Below are positions 1-7,031 of a DNA stretch of 13,134 bases, in pieces. The position numbers and the translations under genes are program-made. The stretch lies in IMG/VR virus record IMGVR_UViG_2645727640_000037. The stretch is one strand, 5' to 3'. This DNA is from a virus. Lineage: Duplodnaviria; Heunggongvirae; Uroviricota; Caudoviricetes. The notes beneath the pieces were generated by a model. It was not told where the DNA came from, did no database searches, and saw only the letters and a list, made by a program, of their open reading frames with translations. Every line of letters starts with the position of its first letter. Within the stretch, counting starts at the first letter, position 1.

Positions 1-125
1 TTTCCCCGTCTCAGTGGGCGGCAATAGGCGTGCTGGGGAGTCTGCTGTTTGGGCTGCTGACATATCTGACTAACCTGTATTTCAAAATCAGGGAGGACCG
101 TCGTAAGGCGGCACGGGGAGAGTAA
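1..125 (+). CDS. Pinholin, class II holin of the phage 21 S21 type; C-terminal fragment, 5' end outside the window
   Basis: Translating from position 3 gives [40 protein letters not shown], stop TAA at 123-125. This closely matches the C-terminus of phage 21 S21 pinholin as I recall it (TM2 plus the charged tail). It lies directly upstream of a SAR endolysin, the usual pinholin partner. Confidence 0.8.
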   Translation, partial: SPSQWAAIGVLGSLLFGLLTYLTNLYFKIREDRRKAARGE

Positions 126-129
126 TTCA

Positions 130-480
130 ATGACTCAAAACTATGAACTGATTGTGAAAGGGATCCGCAATTTTGAGAATAAAGTTACGGTAACTTTAGC
201 GTTACGGGACAAAAAACGCTTTGACGGTGAAATTTTTGACCTGGACATCTCGCTGGACCGTGTTGAAGGTGCCGCGCTGGAGTTTTATGAGGCAGCAGCC
301 AGAAGGAGCATCAGACAGGTCTTCCTGGATGTTGCTGCCGGGTTATGTGAAGGGGATGAGCAGTCGCCGGAAAAGCGCCCCGTAATTTTAGAGGCGCAGA
401 ATGTATGGATAACCTACAAAGGAAAGCTACCAGGAAGAATTACTGGTTCTCTGAAGACTCCTCCGGAATCACAACCTTAA
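130..480 (+). CDS. DUF1327 / YdfR-like protein of unknown function, inserted between holin and endolysin
   Basis: 116-aa ORF starting ATG 130, with a GGGGAGAG Shine-Dalgarno about 7 nt upstream. The N-terminal two-thirds (MTQNYELIVKGIRNFENKVTVTLALRDKKRFDGEIFDLDISLDRVEGAALEFYEAAARRS...) resembles E. coli Qin prophage YdfR from memory; YdfR also sits between essQ and rrrQ. Family assignment is from recall, not a search. Confidence 0.6.
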   Translation: MTQNYELIVKGIRNFENKVTVTLALRDKKRFDGEIFDLDISLDRVEGAALEFYEAAARRSIRQVFLDVAAGLCEGDEQSPEKRPVILEAQNVWITYKGKLPGRITGSLKTPPESQP

Positions 481-543
481 GTCACTGACCAGAACAGATA
501 AACCTGTCCGTGGGCAGAAACCGATAAATCCTGATAAATATCC

Positions 544-1077
544 ATGAACGCAAAAATCAGATACGGCCTGTCGGCTGCCGTTCTGGCACTGATTGCCGTC
601 GGTGCGCCCGCGCCTGATATTCTCGACCAGTTTCTGGATGAAAAAGAAGGTAACCACACAACGGCATACCGCGATGGGTCCGGCATCTGGACCATCTGTC
701 GGGGGGCCACGATGGTGGATGGAAAACCCGTTTTTCCCGGTATGAAACTGTCGAAGGAAAAATGCGACCAGGTTAACGCTATTGAACGTGATAAGGCGCT
801 GGCATGGGTGGATCGCAATATTAAAGTAACACTGACCGAACCACAAAAAGCGGGTATCGCGTCATTTTGTCCCTATAACATTGGCCCCGGTAAGTGTTTT
901 CCGTCGACATTTTATAAGCGGCTGAATGCAGGTGATCGTAAAGGTGCCTGCGAGGCGATTCGCTGGTGGATTAAGGACAGGGGGCGCGATTGCCGCCTTC
1001 GTTCAAATAACTGTTACGGTCAGGTTATTCGTCGTGATCAGGAGAGCGCATTAGCCTGTTGGGGGATAGAGCAGTGA
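544..1077 (+). CDS. SAR endolysin (phage lysozyme, T4-lysozyme-like / GH24) with N-terminal signal-anchor-release domain
   Basis: 177-aa ORF. The N-terminus has a Gly/Ala-rich weakly hydrophobic segment ([16 protein letters not shown]), typical of SAR domains. This is followed by an E-x8-D-x5-T catalytic pattern ([20 protein letters not shown]), as in R21/P1 Lyz-type lysozymes. It sits between a pinholin and Rz. Confidence 0.88.
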   Translation: MNAKIRYGLSAAVLALIAVGAPAPDILDQFLDEKEGNHTTAYRDGSGIWTICRGATMVDGKPVFPGMKLSKEKCDQVNAIERDKALAWVDRNIKVTLTEPQKAGIASFCPYNIGPGKCFPSTFYKRLNAGDRKGACEAIRWWIKDRGRDCRLRSNNCYGQVIRRDQESALACWGIEQ

Positions 1078-1538
1078 GCAGAGTTGCCGCGATTATTTAT
1101 GCTCTGGTTATCTGCATCATCGTCTGCCTGTCATGGGCTGTTAATCATTACCGTGATAATGCCATTACCTACAAAGCGCAACGCGATAATGTGATGGAAA
1201 AACTCAACCAGGCGACCGCAATCATTACTGACATGCAGATACGCCAGCGTGATGTTGCTGCACTCGATGCAAAATACCTGAAGGAGTTAGCTGATGCGAA
1301 GGCTGAAAATGATGCTTTGCGTGATGATGTTGCCGCTGGTCGTCGGCGGTTGCACATCAAAGCAGTCTGTCAGTCAGTGCGTGAAGCCACCACCGCCTCC
1401 GGCGTGGATAATGCAACCAGCCCCCGACTGGCAGACACCGCTGAACGGGATTATTTCACCCTCAGAGAGCGGCTGATGACGATGCAGATGCAACTGGAAG
1501 GGGCACAGGAGTATATCCGCACTCAGTGCATTAAGTAG
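1074..1538 (+). CDS. Rz: Rz i-spanin (inner-membrane spanin subunit)
   Basis: The protein is near-identical to lambda Rz over most of its length ([38 protein letters not shown] ... [35 protein letters not shown]). The likely start is GTG 1074, overlapping the endolysin TGA stop (GTGA); the ORF track opens at TTG 1059. N-terminal TM helix then coiled-coil. Confidence 0.9.
   Translation: MSRVAAIIYALVICIIVCLSWAVNHYRDNAITYKAQRDNVMEKLNQATAIITDMQIRQRDVAALDAKYLKELADAKAENDALRDDVAAGRRRLHIKAVCQSVREATTASGVDNATSPRLADTAERDYFTLRERLMTMQMQLEGAQEYIRTQCIK
1294..1476 (+). CDS. Rz1: Rz1 o-spanin (outer-membrane lipoprotein), embedded in the +1 frame of Rz
   Basis: 60-aa ORF fully inside Rz in another frame. 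Sequence [42 protein letters not shown]... has a lipoprotein signal peptide, a lipobox Cys and a proline-rich mature part, near-identical to lambda Rz1. Strong AAGGAG Shine-Dalgarno 7 nt upstream of ATG 1294. Confidence 0.88.
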   Translation: MRRLKMMLCVMMLPLVVGGCTSKQSVSQCVKPPPPPAWIMQPAPDWQTPLNGIISPSESG

Positions 1539-1580
1539 CCTTTTTATCGTGGTAAACATTTCGCAGGGTATGAGGTATTT

Positions 1581-1931
1581 ATGCCATCACGAATCCCACG
1601 TGCCTGCCGTAAGCGTGGATGCGCAGGTACAACCACAGACAGTTCTGGTTACTGCGATAAACATCGTGGTGAAGGATGGGTACAGCATCAACGCGGACTG
1701 AGTCGCCACCAGCGTGGCTATGGCTCGAAATGGGATGTTATACGTGCGCGTATACTGAAGCGTGATAACCATCTGTGTAAGAACTGTCTGCGCAATGGAC
1801 GAGCCGTTGAGGCCAGGACTGTAGACCACATGATTCCAAAAGCTCATGGCGGCACCGATGATGACTCCAATCTTGAGTCGTTATGCAGGGAATGCCACAG
1901 AGAGAAGACAGCAAGGGAACGTATTCGATGA
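1581..1931 (+). CDS. HNH endonuclease, terminase-associated (HK97 gp74-like)
   Basis: 116-aa ORF with paired Cys motifs (CRKRGC...YCDKH; CKNC...CREC) and an HNH core (VDHMIPKAHGG...DDDSNLESLCRECH). Position just upstream of the terminase genes is typical for HK97-type cos phages. GAGG Shine-Dalgarno upstream. Confidence 0.9.
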   Translation: MPSRIPRACRKRGCAGTTTDSSGYCDKHRGEGWVQHQRGLSRHQRGYGSKWDVIRARILKRDNHLCKNCLRNGRAVEARTVDHMIPKAHGGTDDDSNLESLCRECHREKTARERIR

Positions 1932-2284
1932 TAATATTCACTGCTGTAATGCATAAAAATAGTTTCTATATTCATGCAGATACCCGGGAGGGATTTTGGG
2001 TTGTTTTAAGTGAAAAACTGGGATGGGGCAAATTTGAGTTAATTCGCCCCTCAGATGAGTTTAGCCCTACTGGAGGGTTGTTTGAATTAGTCGAAGTGCG
2101 TTCGGCAGATTCAGAACCCCCTGAGTCAGTAACTGTAGGGTCAAATGTTTTATGGCGTCTCCCGGAAGCTCTCGGAGTTTTGAAATCAATCCCTTCTTCT
2201 GATCTTCAGATATATTTGCGACACGGATTATATCCTCAAGGGCAACAATCGTGTCACTGTGTAACCGAAAGGTCTGAACTTTAA
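1928..2284 (+). CDS. Hypothetical protein (uncertain; convergently overlaps the minus-strand ORF 2067-2582)
   Basis: ATG 1928 overlaps the HNH stop (ATGA), which would allow translational coupling. There is no clear Shine-Dalgarno and the region is AT-rich. The 3' 218 nt overlap the minus-strand ORF, so this may be partly or wholly a shadow ORF. The ORF track opens this frame at 1883, inside HNH. Confidence 0.3.
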   Translation: MIIFTAVMHKNSFYIHADTREGFWVVLSEKLGWGKFELIRPSDEFSPTGGLFELVEVRSADSEPPESVTVGSNVLWRLPEALGVLKSIPSSDLQIYLRHGLYPQGQQSCHCVTERSEL

Positions 2285-2582
2285 GGATCGCACTTAAGCC
2301 GCCATCATCGAGAAGAAAATCAATTCCTTTTTCTGTAATGTAGCAGTTAGGGGCACAGAAGATAAACTCAACGCCAGCCATGGTGTCACTGCGTATGAAG
2401 GGGGTGGAAACGAGACCATGCATTTCAAGGTATAACATGCACGCCACAAAGTGATCGTAACTGTCAAACTTCTCAATGAGGTCTCGCTCCTGTGCCTTGT
2501 TTAAAGAGTTAGGCGCGCAATCTATAAGGGCATTGAGGATTTCAAGTTGTAAGGCTCTGTCATATTTTCTGGTTTTATCCAT
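2067..2582 (-). CDS. Hypothetical protein, 171 aa, opposite-strand cargo (moron) between HNH and terS; function unknown
   Basis: Minus-strand ORF with a GGAG Shine-Dalgarno 8 nt upstream of the ATG at 2582. Lower GC than the flanking structural genes. No signal peptide or TM segment seen; mildly acidic, helical-looking sequence. Same place and orientation as lambda bor, but not Bor-like. Confidence 0.6.
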   Translation of the reverse strand: MDKTRKYDRALQLEILNALIDCAPNSLNKAQERDLIEKFDSYDHFVACMLYLEMHGLVSTPFIRSDTMAGVEFIFCAPNCYITEKGIDFLLDDGGLSAILKVQTFRLHSDTIVALEDIIRVANISEDQKKGLISKLRELPGDAIKHLTLQLLTQGVLNLPNALRLIQTTLQ

Positions 2583-2680
2583 TTCTTAGACTCCATCTTT
2601 TATTTATTGAGATTAACTGAATACACCATGCTGAGCATCCTGATGGGTGGCCAGTATCTGCTTTTTGCCGCCATCTTCAA

Positions 2681-2694
2681 GGGGGAGGGGGGGG
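2681..2694. repeat. Homopolymeric G tract, G5-A-G8 (GGGGGAGGGGGGGG)
   Basis: Read directly from the sequence, in the intergenic region between the minus-strand cargo gene and terS. Confidence 0.9.
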
Positions 2695-2811
2695 ATCAAA
2701 TCTCTGCAACCCAGGCTGCTCAGTACCGCCGCCTGACCTTTCCTCGCATCGCCGCAGGTTCGAAAACTTTTTTTTGGAATGTGATTAAATGATTGATAGG
2801 TAAAACCGATT

Positions 2812-3294
2812 ATGTCTGGACCCCCGAAAACCCCGCCACGCCTGCATTTGATACGAGGTAACCCCTCAAAGCGGCCAGTTAAAGACTCCAAAAAAACCGC
2901 TAAAAAGGATGAAAAAGGTCTCCCTAAAATTCCGCAACATTTAGGGGCGCAGGGGAAGTACTGGTTCAGGCGAATGGCGGAAGAGCTGAATGCGGAAGGG
3001 ATCATTTCTCAGCTCGATGCACGTGCGCTCGAGTTACTGGTGGAAGCCTACACCGAATACCGGCATCACTGCGAAATACTCGATGTTGAGGGTTATACCT
3101 ACCGCACGGAAACGCAGAATGGCGATGTGCTGATCAAGGCACACCCGGCTGCTGCGATGAAGGCTGATGCCTGGAAGCGGATTCGGGCGATGCTTGCAGA
3201 GTTTGGTATGTCACCGGCAAGCCGGGCGAAAGTAAATACCGCCGGACCGGATGATGTTGATCCGCTGACAGAGCTTTTAAAAGCGAGAGACTGA
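2812..3294 (+). CDS. Terminase small subunit (P27 family, HK97-type)
   Basis: 160-aa ORF immediately upstream of, and overlapping by 1 nt (ATGA), the large terminase. Lys/Pro-rich N-terminus and a helical core (KYWFRRMAEELNAEGIISQLDARALELLVEAYTEY) fit P27-family small terminases as I recall them. Confidence 0.85.
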   Translation: MSGPPKTPPRLHLIRGNPSKRPVKDSKKTAKKDEKGLPKIPQHLGAQGKYWFRRMAEELNAEGIISQLDARALELLVEAYTEYRHHCEILDVEGYTYRTETQNGDVLIKAHPAAAMKADAWKRIRAMLAEFGMSPASRAKVNTAGPDDVDPLTELLKARD

Positions 3295-5051
3295 TGGCAA
3301 AAGTGGCTGACGGGATCCGCTACGCCGAACGTGTTGTTGCAGGAGAAATTGTTGCTGGCGAATTTGTCCGTCTGGCCTGCCAGCGTTTTCTTGATGATCT
3401 GAAGTACGGCGAAGAGCGGGGGATTTATTTCAGTGAACCTCGTGCACAGCACATCCTTAATTTCTACAAATTTGTACCCCATGTGAAAGGGGCGCTGGCA
3501 GGTCAGCCCATTGAGTTGATGGACTGGCATGTGTTTATCCTCATTAATATTTTTGGTTTTGTCATTCCGCTGGTGAATGAAGAAACCGGGGAAGTTGTCA
3601 TGCGCAGCGATGGCAGTGGACGCCCGGTGATGGTGCGCCGGTTCCGGACAGCATACAACGAAGTTGCCCGTAAAAACGCAAAATCAACCCTGTCATCGGG
3701 TATCGGTCTGTATATGACGGGGGCAGATGGTGAAGGCGGGGCTGAGGTGTATTCAGCCGCAACCACGCGTGACCAGGCCAGAATTGTGTTTGAAGACGCC
3801 AAAAATATGGTCAGAAAAGCCCGGTCGACACTCGGGCGGTTGTTTGATTTCAACAAGCTGGCGATTTACCAGGAGCAGAGCGCATCAAAATTTGAACCGC
3901 TTTCCTCGGATGCAAACAACCTGGACGGTCTGAACATCCACTGCGCCATTATTGATGAGCTGCATGCTCATAAAACCCGTGACGTGTGGGACGTTCTGGA
4001 AACGGCAACCGGTGCCCGTCTGCAGTCTCTGTTATTTGGCATCACCACGGCTGGCTTTAACAAGGAAGGGATTTGCTACGAGCAGCGCGATTACGCCATT
4101 AAGGTATTGCGAGGCTATAACAGCGACGTGGAGGGCGCGGTAAAAGACGACTCCTACTTTGCGATCATTTACACGCTCGATGAGGGAGATGATCCGTTTG
4201 ATGAAACGGTCTGGCAGAAAGCGAATCCTGGCCTGGGCATCTGTAAACGCTGGGATGATCTGCGTCGTCTGGCGAAAAAAGCGAAGGAGCAGGTCTCTGC
4301 GCGGGTGAATTTTTTTACCAAACACATGAATGTGTGGGTCACTGCCGAATCTGCCTGGATGGATATGATTAAGTGGGAGAAGTGCGAATACATTGCTCCA
4401 CAACATGAGCTGAAAACATATCCCATGTGGGTCGGCGTCGACCTTGCTCATAAGATTGATATCTGTGCGGCGGCAAAACTCTGGCGAACCGATAACGGAC
4501 ATGTTCATGCTGATTTTAAATTCTGGCTTCCGGAAGGACGGCTGGAGCGATGCTCGCGGCAGCAGGCAGAACTTTACCGGAAGTGGGCGGAGATGGATAA
4601 GCTCATCCTGACGGATGGTGATGTTATCGATCATGCTCAGATAAAAAGTGACTTACTGGAATGGATTGGCGGTGAAAACCTCAGGGAACTGGGATTTGAC
4701 CCGTGGAGCGCAATGCAGTTCAGCCTGGCACTGGCTGAAGAAGGGATACCGCTGGTGGAGGTTCCGCAGACGGTCCGCAATCTGTCAGAGGCCATGAAGG
4801 AAACGGAATCACTGGTTTATGCCGGGCGTTTCCATCACAGCAATCATCCGGTCATGAACTGGATGATGTCTAACGTTACGGTAAAACCGGACAAAAACGA
4901 CAACATCTTCCCGAATAAATCCACGCCTGAAGCCAAAATCGACGGCCCTGTTGCGCTTTTTACGGCCATGAGCCGCTTTCTGGTAAATGGCGGGGGCGTG
5001 AATGACTTCCTGTCCACGCTTGATCCTGATGAGGACCTGTTAATTCTGTGA
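3294..5051 (+). CDS. Terminase large subunit (ATPase plus nuclease), HK97 family
   Basis: 585-aa ORF with a P-loop-like segment (VARKNAKST), a Walker B-like IHCAIIDELH, and a C-terminal nuclease region. Position between terS and portal. Confidence 0.95.
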   Translation: MAKVADGIRYAERVVAGEIVAGEFVRLACQRFLDDLKYGEERGIYFSEPRAQHILNFYKFVPHVKGALAGQPIELMDWHVFILINIFGFVIPLVNEETGEVVMRSDGSGRPVMVRRFRTAYNEVARKNAKSTLSSGIGLYMTGADGEGGAEVYSAATTRDQARIVFEDAKNMVRKARSTLGRLFDFNKLAIYQEQSASKFEPLSSDANNLDGLNIHCAIIDELHAHKTRDVWDVLETATGARLQSLLFGITTAGFNKEGICYEQRDYAIKVLRGYNSDVEGAVKDDSYFAIIYTLDEGDDPFDETVWQKANPGLGICKRWDDLRRLAKKAKEQVSARVNFFTKHMNVWVTAESAWMDMIKWEKCEYIAPQHELKTYPMWVGVDLAHKIDICAAAKLWRTDNGHVHADFKFWLPEGRLERCSRQQAELYRKWAEMDKLILTDGDVIDHAQIKSDLLEWIGGENLRELGFDPWSAMQFSLALAEEGIPLVEVPQTVRNLSEAMKETESLVYAGRFHHSNHPVMNWMMSNVTVKPDKNDNIFPNKSTPEAKIDGPVALFTAMSRFLVNGGGVNDFLSTLDPDEDLLIL

Positions 5052-5209
5052 AACAGCTTATTACTGATATGACCGGGCTGATCGGTTTCGGTTTGCTCAC
5101 TGCTGGCGTTTATCTGTATGCAGGTCTGCCAGCGTCTCTGATGCTGTCGGGCTGTTTGTTGCTGCTTTATGCACTGGTGGTGTCCATGAGGAGAAAACAT
5201 GCTTCTTGA
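5048..5209 (+). CDS. Possible small membrane protein (about 46-53 aa, two predicted TM helices) between terL and portal
   Basis: Not in the ORF track (under 60 aa). The frame is open from GTG 5048 (overlapping the terL stop) or ATG 5069 to TGA 5207-5209. Translation ...MTGLIGFGLLTAGVYLYAGLPASLMLSGCLLLLYALVVSMRRKHAS is two hydrophobic stretches with a basic tail. It overlaps the portal start by 11 nt. Confidence 0.3.
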   Translation: MKQLITDMTGLIGFGLLTAGVYLYAGLPASLMLSGCLLLLYALVVSMRRKHAS

Positions 5210-6425
5210 TGCTCTGTTTCGCAGTGAGCCTCTGGAAAATCCCTCGGTTCCGGTAACCGAAGAGGCCGCTGAGACGGATAATATTTTTGCCCGGGATGTG
5301 TATGTCAGTCCGGAAACATCCATGAAGCTGGCTGCTGTCTATGCCTGTATTTATGTTATTTCATCCAGTGTGGCTCAGATGCCCCTGCATGTGATGCGAA
5401 AAACGAATGAGCATGTTCAGCCTGCACGCGATCATCCGTTGTTCTGGCTCGTTCATGATGAACCTAATGCCTGGCAGACCAGCTATAAGTGGCGGGAACT
5501 GAAGCAGCGTCATGTGCTGGGGTGGGGCAATGGTTATACGTGGGTAAAACGTAATCGTCGTGGAGAGGTTACCAGCCTTGAATGCTGTATGCCATGGGAA
5601 ACCACGTTACTTAACACCGGTGGGCGTCATACTTACGGGGTGTATAACGAAGAGGGTGCATTTGCGGTAAGTCCGGACGACATGATCCATATCAGGGCGC
5701 TGGGAAACAATCAGAAAATGGGACTGAGCCCGATCATGCAGCATGCTGAAACCATTGGTATGGGAATGAGTGGCCAGCAGTATACCAGCGCCTTTTTTAA
5801 CGGTAATGCCCGTCCTGCCGGTATTATTTCTGTGAAAAATGAACTGAACGAACAGAGCTGGGGCAGGCTTAAAAATATGTGGCAGCGGGCGGTGACAGCG
5901 CTTCGCAGCCAGGAAAATAAAACCATGCTGTTGCCTGCGCAACTGGATTACCGCGCTCTGACAGTTTCTCCGGTGGATGCTCAGATCATTGATATGACCA
6001 AGCTGAACAGGTCGATGATTGCAGGGATTTTTAATGTCCCGGCGCACATGATTAATGACCTGGAAAAAGCCACATTTTCGAATATTACGCAGCAGGCGAT
6101 TCAGTTTGTTCGCTACACGATGATGCCCTGGGTTGCGAACTGGGAGCAGGAGCTTAACCGTCGCCTGTTTACCCGTACAGAACGGGCTGCCGGGTATTAC
6201 GTTCGTTTCAACCTCACGGGGTTGCTCCGTGGGACCCCACAGGAGCGTGCGCAGTTCTATCACTTTGCCATTACAGATGGCTGGATGAGTCGGAATGAAG
6301 CCAGGGCATTTGAGGATATGAACCCGGTTGACGGTCTGGATGAAATGCTGGTCAGCGTAAATGCAGCAAATCCGTTGAATAACTTTAAAGATACGAAAGG
6401 CAAAGAGGAAAAGAACGATGAATGA
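5199..6425 (+). CDS. Portal protein (HK97 family)
   Basis: 408-aa ORF with a strong GAGGAG Shine-Dalgarno. Size and position (after terL, before the prohead protease) match HK97-type portals, and the C-terminus is acidic. Confidence 0.93.
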   Translation: MLLDALFRSEPLENPSVPVTEEAAETDNIFARDVYVSPETSMKLAAVYACIYVISSSVAQMPLHVMRKTNEHVQPARDHPLFWLVHDEPNAWQTSYKWRELKQRHVLGWGNGYTWVKRNRRGEVTSLECCMPWETTLLNTGGRHTYGVYNEEGAFAVSPDDMIHIRALGNNQKMGLSPIMQHAETIGMGMSGQQYTSAFFNGNARPAGIISVKNELNEQSWGRLKNMWQRAVTALRSQENKTMLLPAQLDYRALTVSPVDAQIIDMTKLNRSMIAGIFNVPAHMINDLEKATFSNITQQAIQFVRYTMMPWVANWEQELNRRLFTRTERAAGYYVRFNLTGLLRGTPQERAQFYHFAITDGWMSRNEARAFEDMNPVDGLDEMLVSVNAANPLNNFKDTKGKEEKNDE

Positions 6426-7017
6426 CCGTGAAACGCGCTGTTACAGCGGGGAGGTGCGGGCGGAACAATATGATAATGCCCCGACCCACATTCTGGGGTA
6501 TGGCTCGGTATTTAACAGTCGTTCAGAACCTCTGTGGGGATTTCGTGAAATCATCAAGCCGGGGGCTTTTGATGATGTACTGAATGATGATGTACGTGGC
6601 TTGTTTAATCATGATCCTAATTTCATTCTCGGACGAAGTTCTGCCGGCACATTGTCATTGTCGGTGGATGAACGCGGTTTACGTTATGACATTGTTGCAC
6701 CGGATACTCCGACTATTTGTGACCTGGTGCTGTCTCCAATGTTGCGTGGTGACATTAACCAGTCCTCGTTCGCGTTTCGTGTCGCCCGTGACGGAGAGAG
6801 CTGGTATGAAGACGACGAGGGGATTGTTATCCGGGAAATCACGCGCATTTCTCGTCTGTATGACGTCAGCCCGGTGACATATCCGGCCTATCAGGACGCA
6901 GACTCCGGTGTCCGCTCAATGAAAGCCTGGCAGGAAGCGCGGGCGAGTGGTGCGCTGAAGAAAGCTGTTAATGAACGAATGGCGCGTGAGCGCCTTTTGA
7001 CCCTTCTTAATGCATAA
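6418..7017 (+). CDS. Prohead maturation protease (HK97 gp4-like, S78 family)
   Basis: 199-aa ORF overlapping the portal stop. Position between portal and major capsid protein; conserved His (GLFNHDPN) and Ser (INQSSFAF) candidates for the catalytic dyad. Confidence 0.9.
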   Translation: MNDRETRCYSGEVRAEQYDNAPTHILGYGSVFNSRSEPLWGFREIIKPGAFDDVLNDDVRGLFNHDPNFILGRSSAGTLSLSVDERGLRYDIVAPDTPTICDLVLSPMLRGDINQSSFAFRVARDGESWYEDDEGIVIREITRISRLYDVSPVTYPAYQDADSGVRSMKAWQEARASGALKKAVNERMARERLLTLLNA

Positions 7018-7031
7018 GGATACTACTGACG

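Noticed and set aside
469-846. Minus-strand ORFs of 125 and 113 aa (469-846 and 477-818) inside the endolysin gene
   Set aside because: They lie fully antisense to a well-supported lysozyme gene, with no Shine-Dalgarno and low-complexity translations; typical shadow ORFs.
1059-1073. TTG start at 1059 for Rz as called in the ORF track
   Set aside because: GTG 1074 overlaps the endolysin stop and gives an N-terminus matching lambda Rz; the TTG start adds five unsupported residues.
2750-2776. GGTTCGAAA motif resembling a tRNA T-loop
   Set aside because: No acceptor stem, anticodon arm or 3' CCA context can be built around it; a chance match.
2607-2792. 61-aa + strand ORF in the intergenic region upstream of terS
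   Set aside because: No Shine-Dalgarno, and it spans the G tract and GC-rich motifs; more likely a non-coding packaging or regulatory region.
4032-4634. 200-aa minus-strand ORF inside the large terminase gene
   Set aside because: Antisense to a confidently assigned terminase; no independent support.
5607-6263. 218-aa minus-strand ORF inside the portal gene
   Set aside because: Antisense shadow of the portal gene; the translation is Arg/His/Pro-rich and not protein-like.
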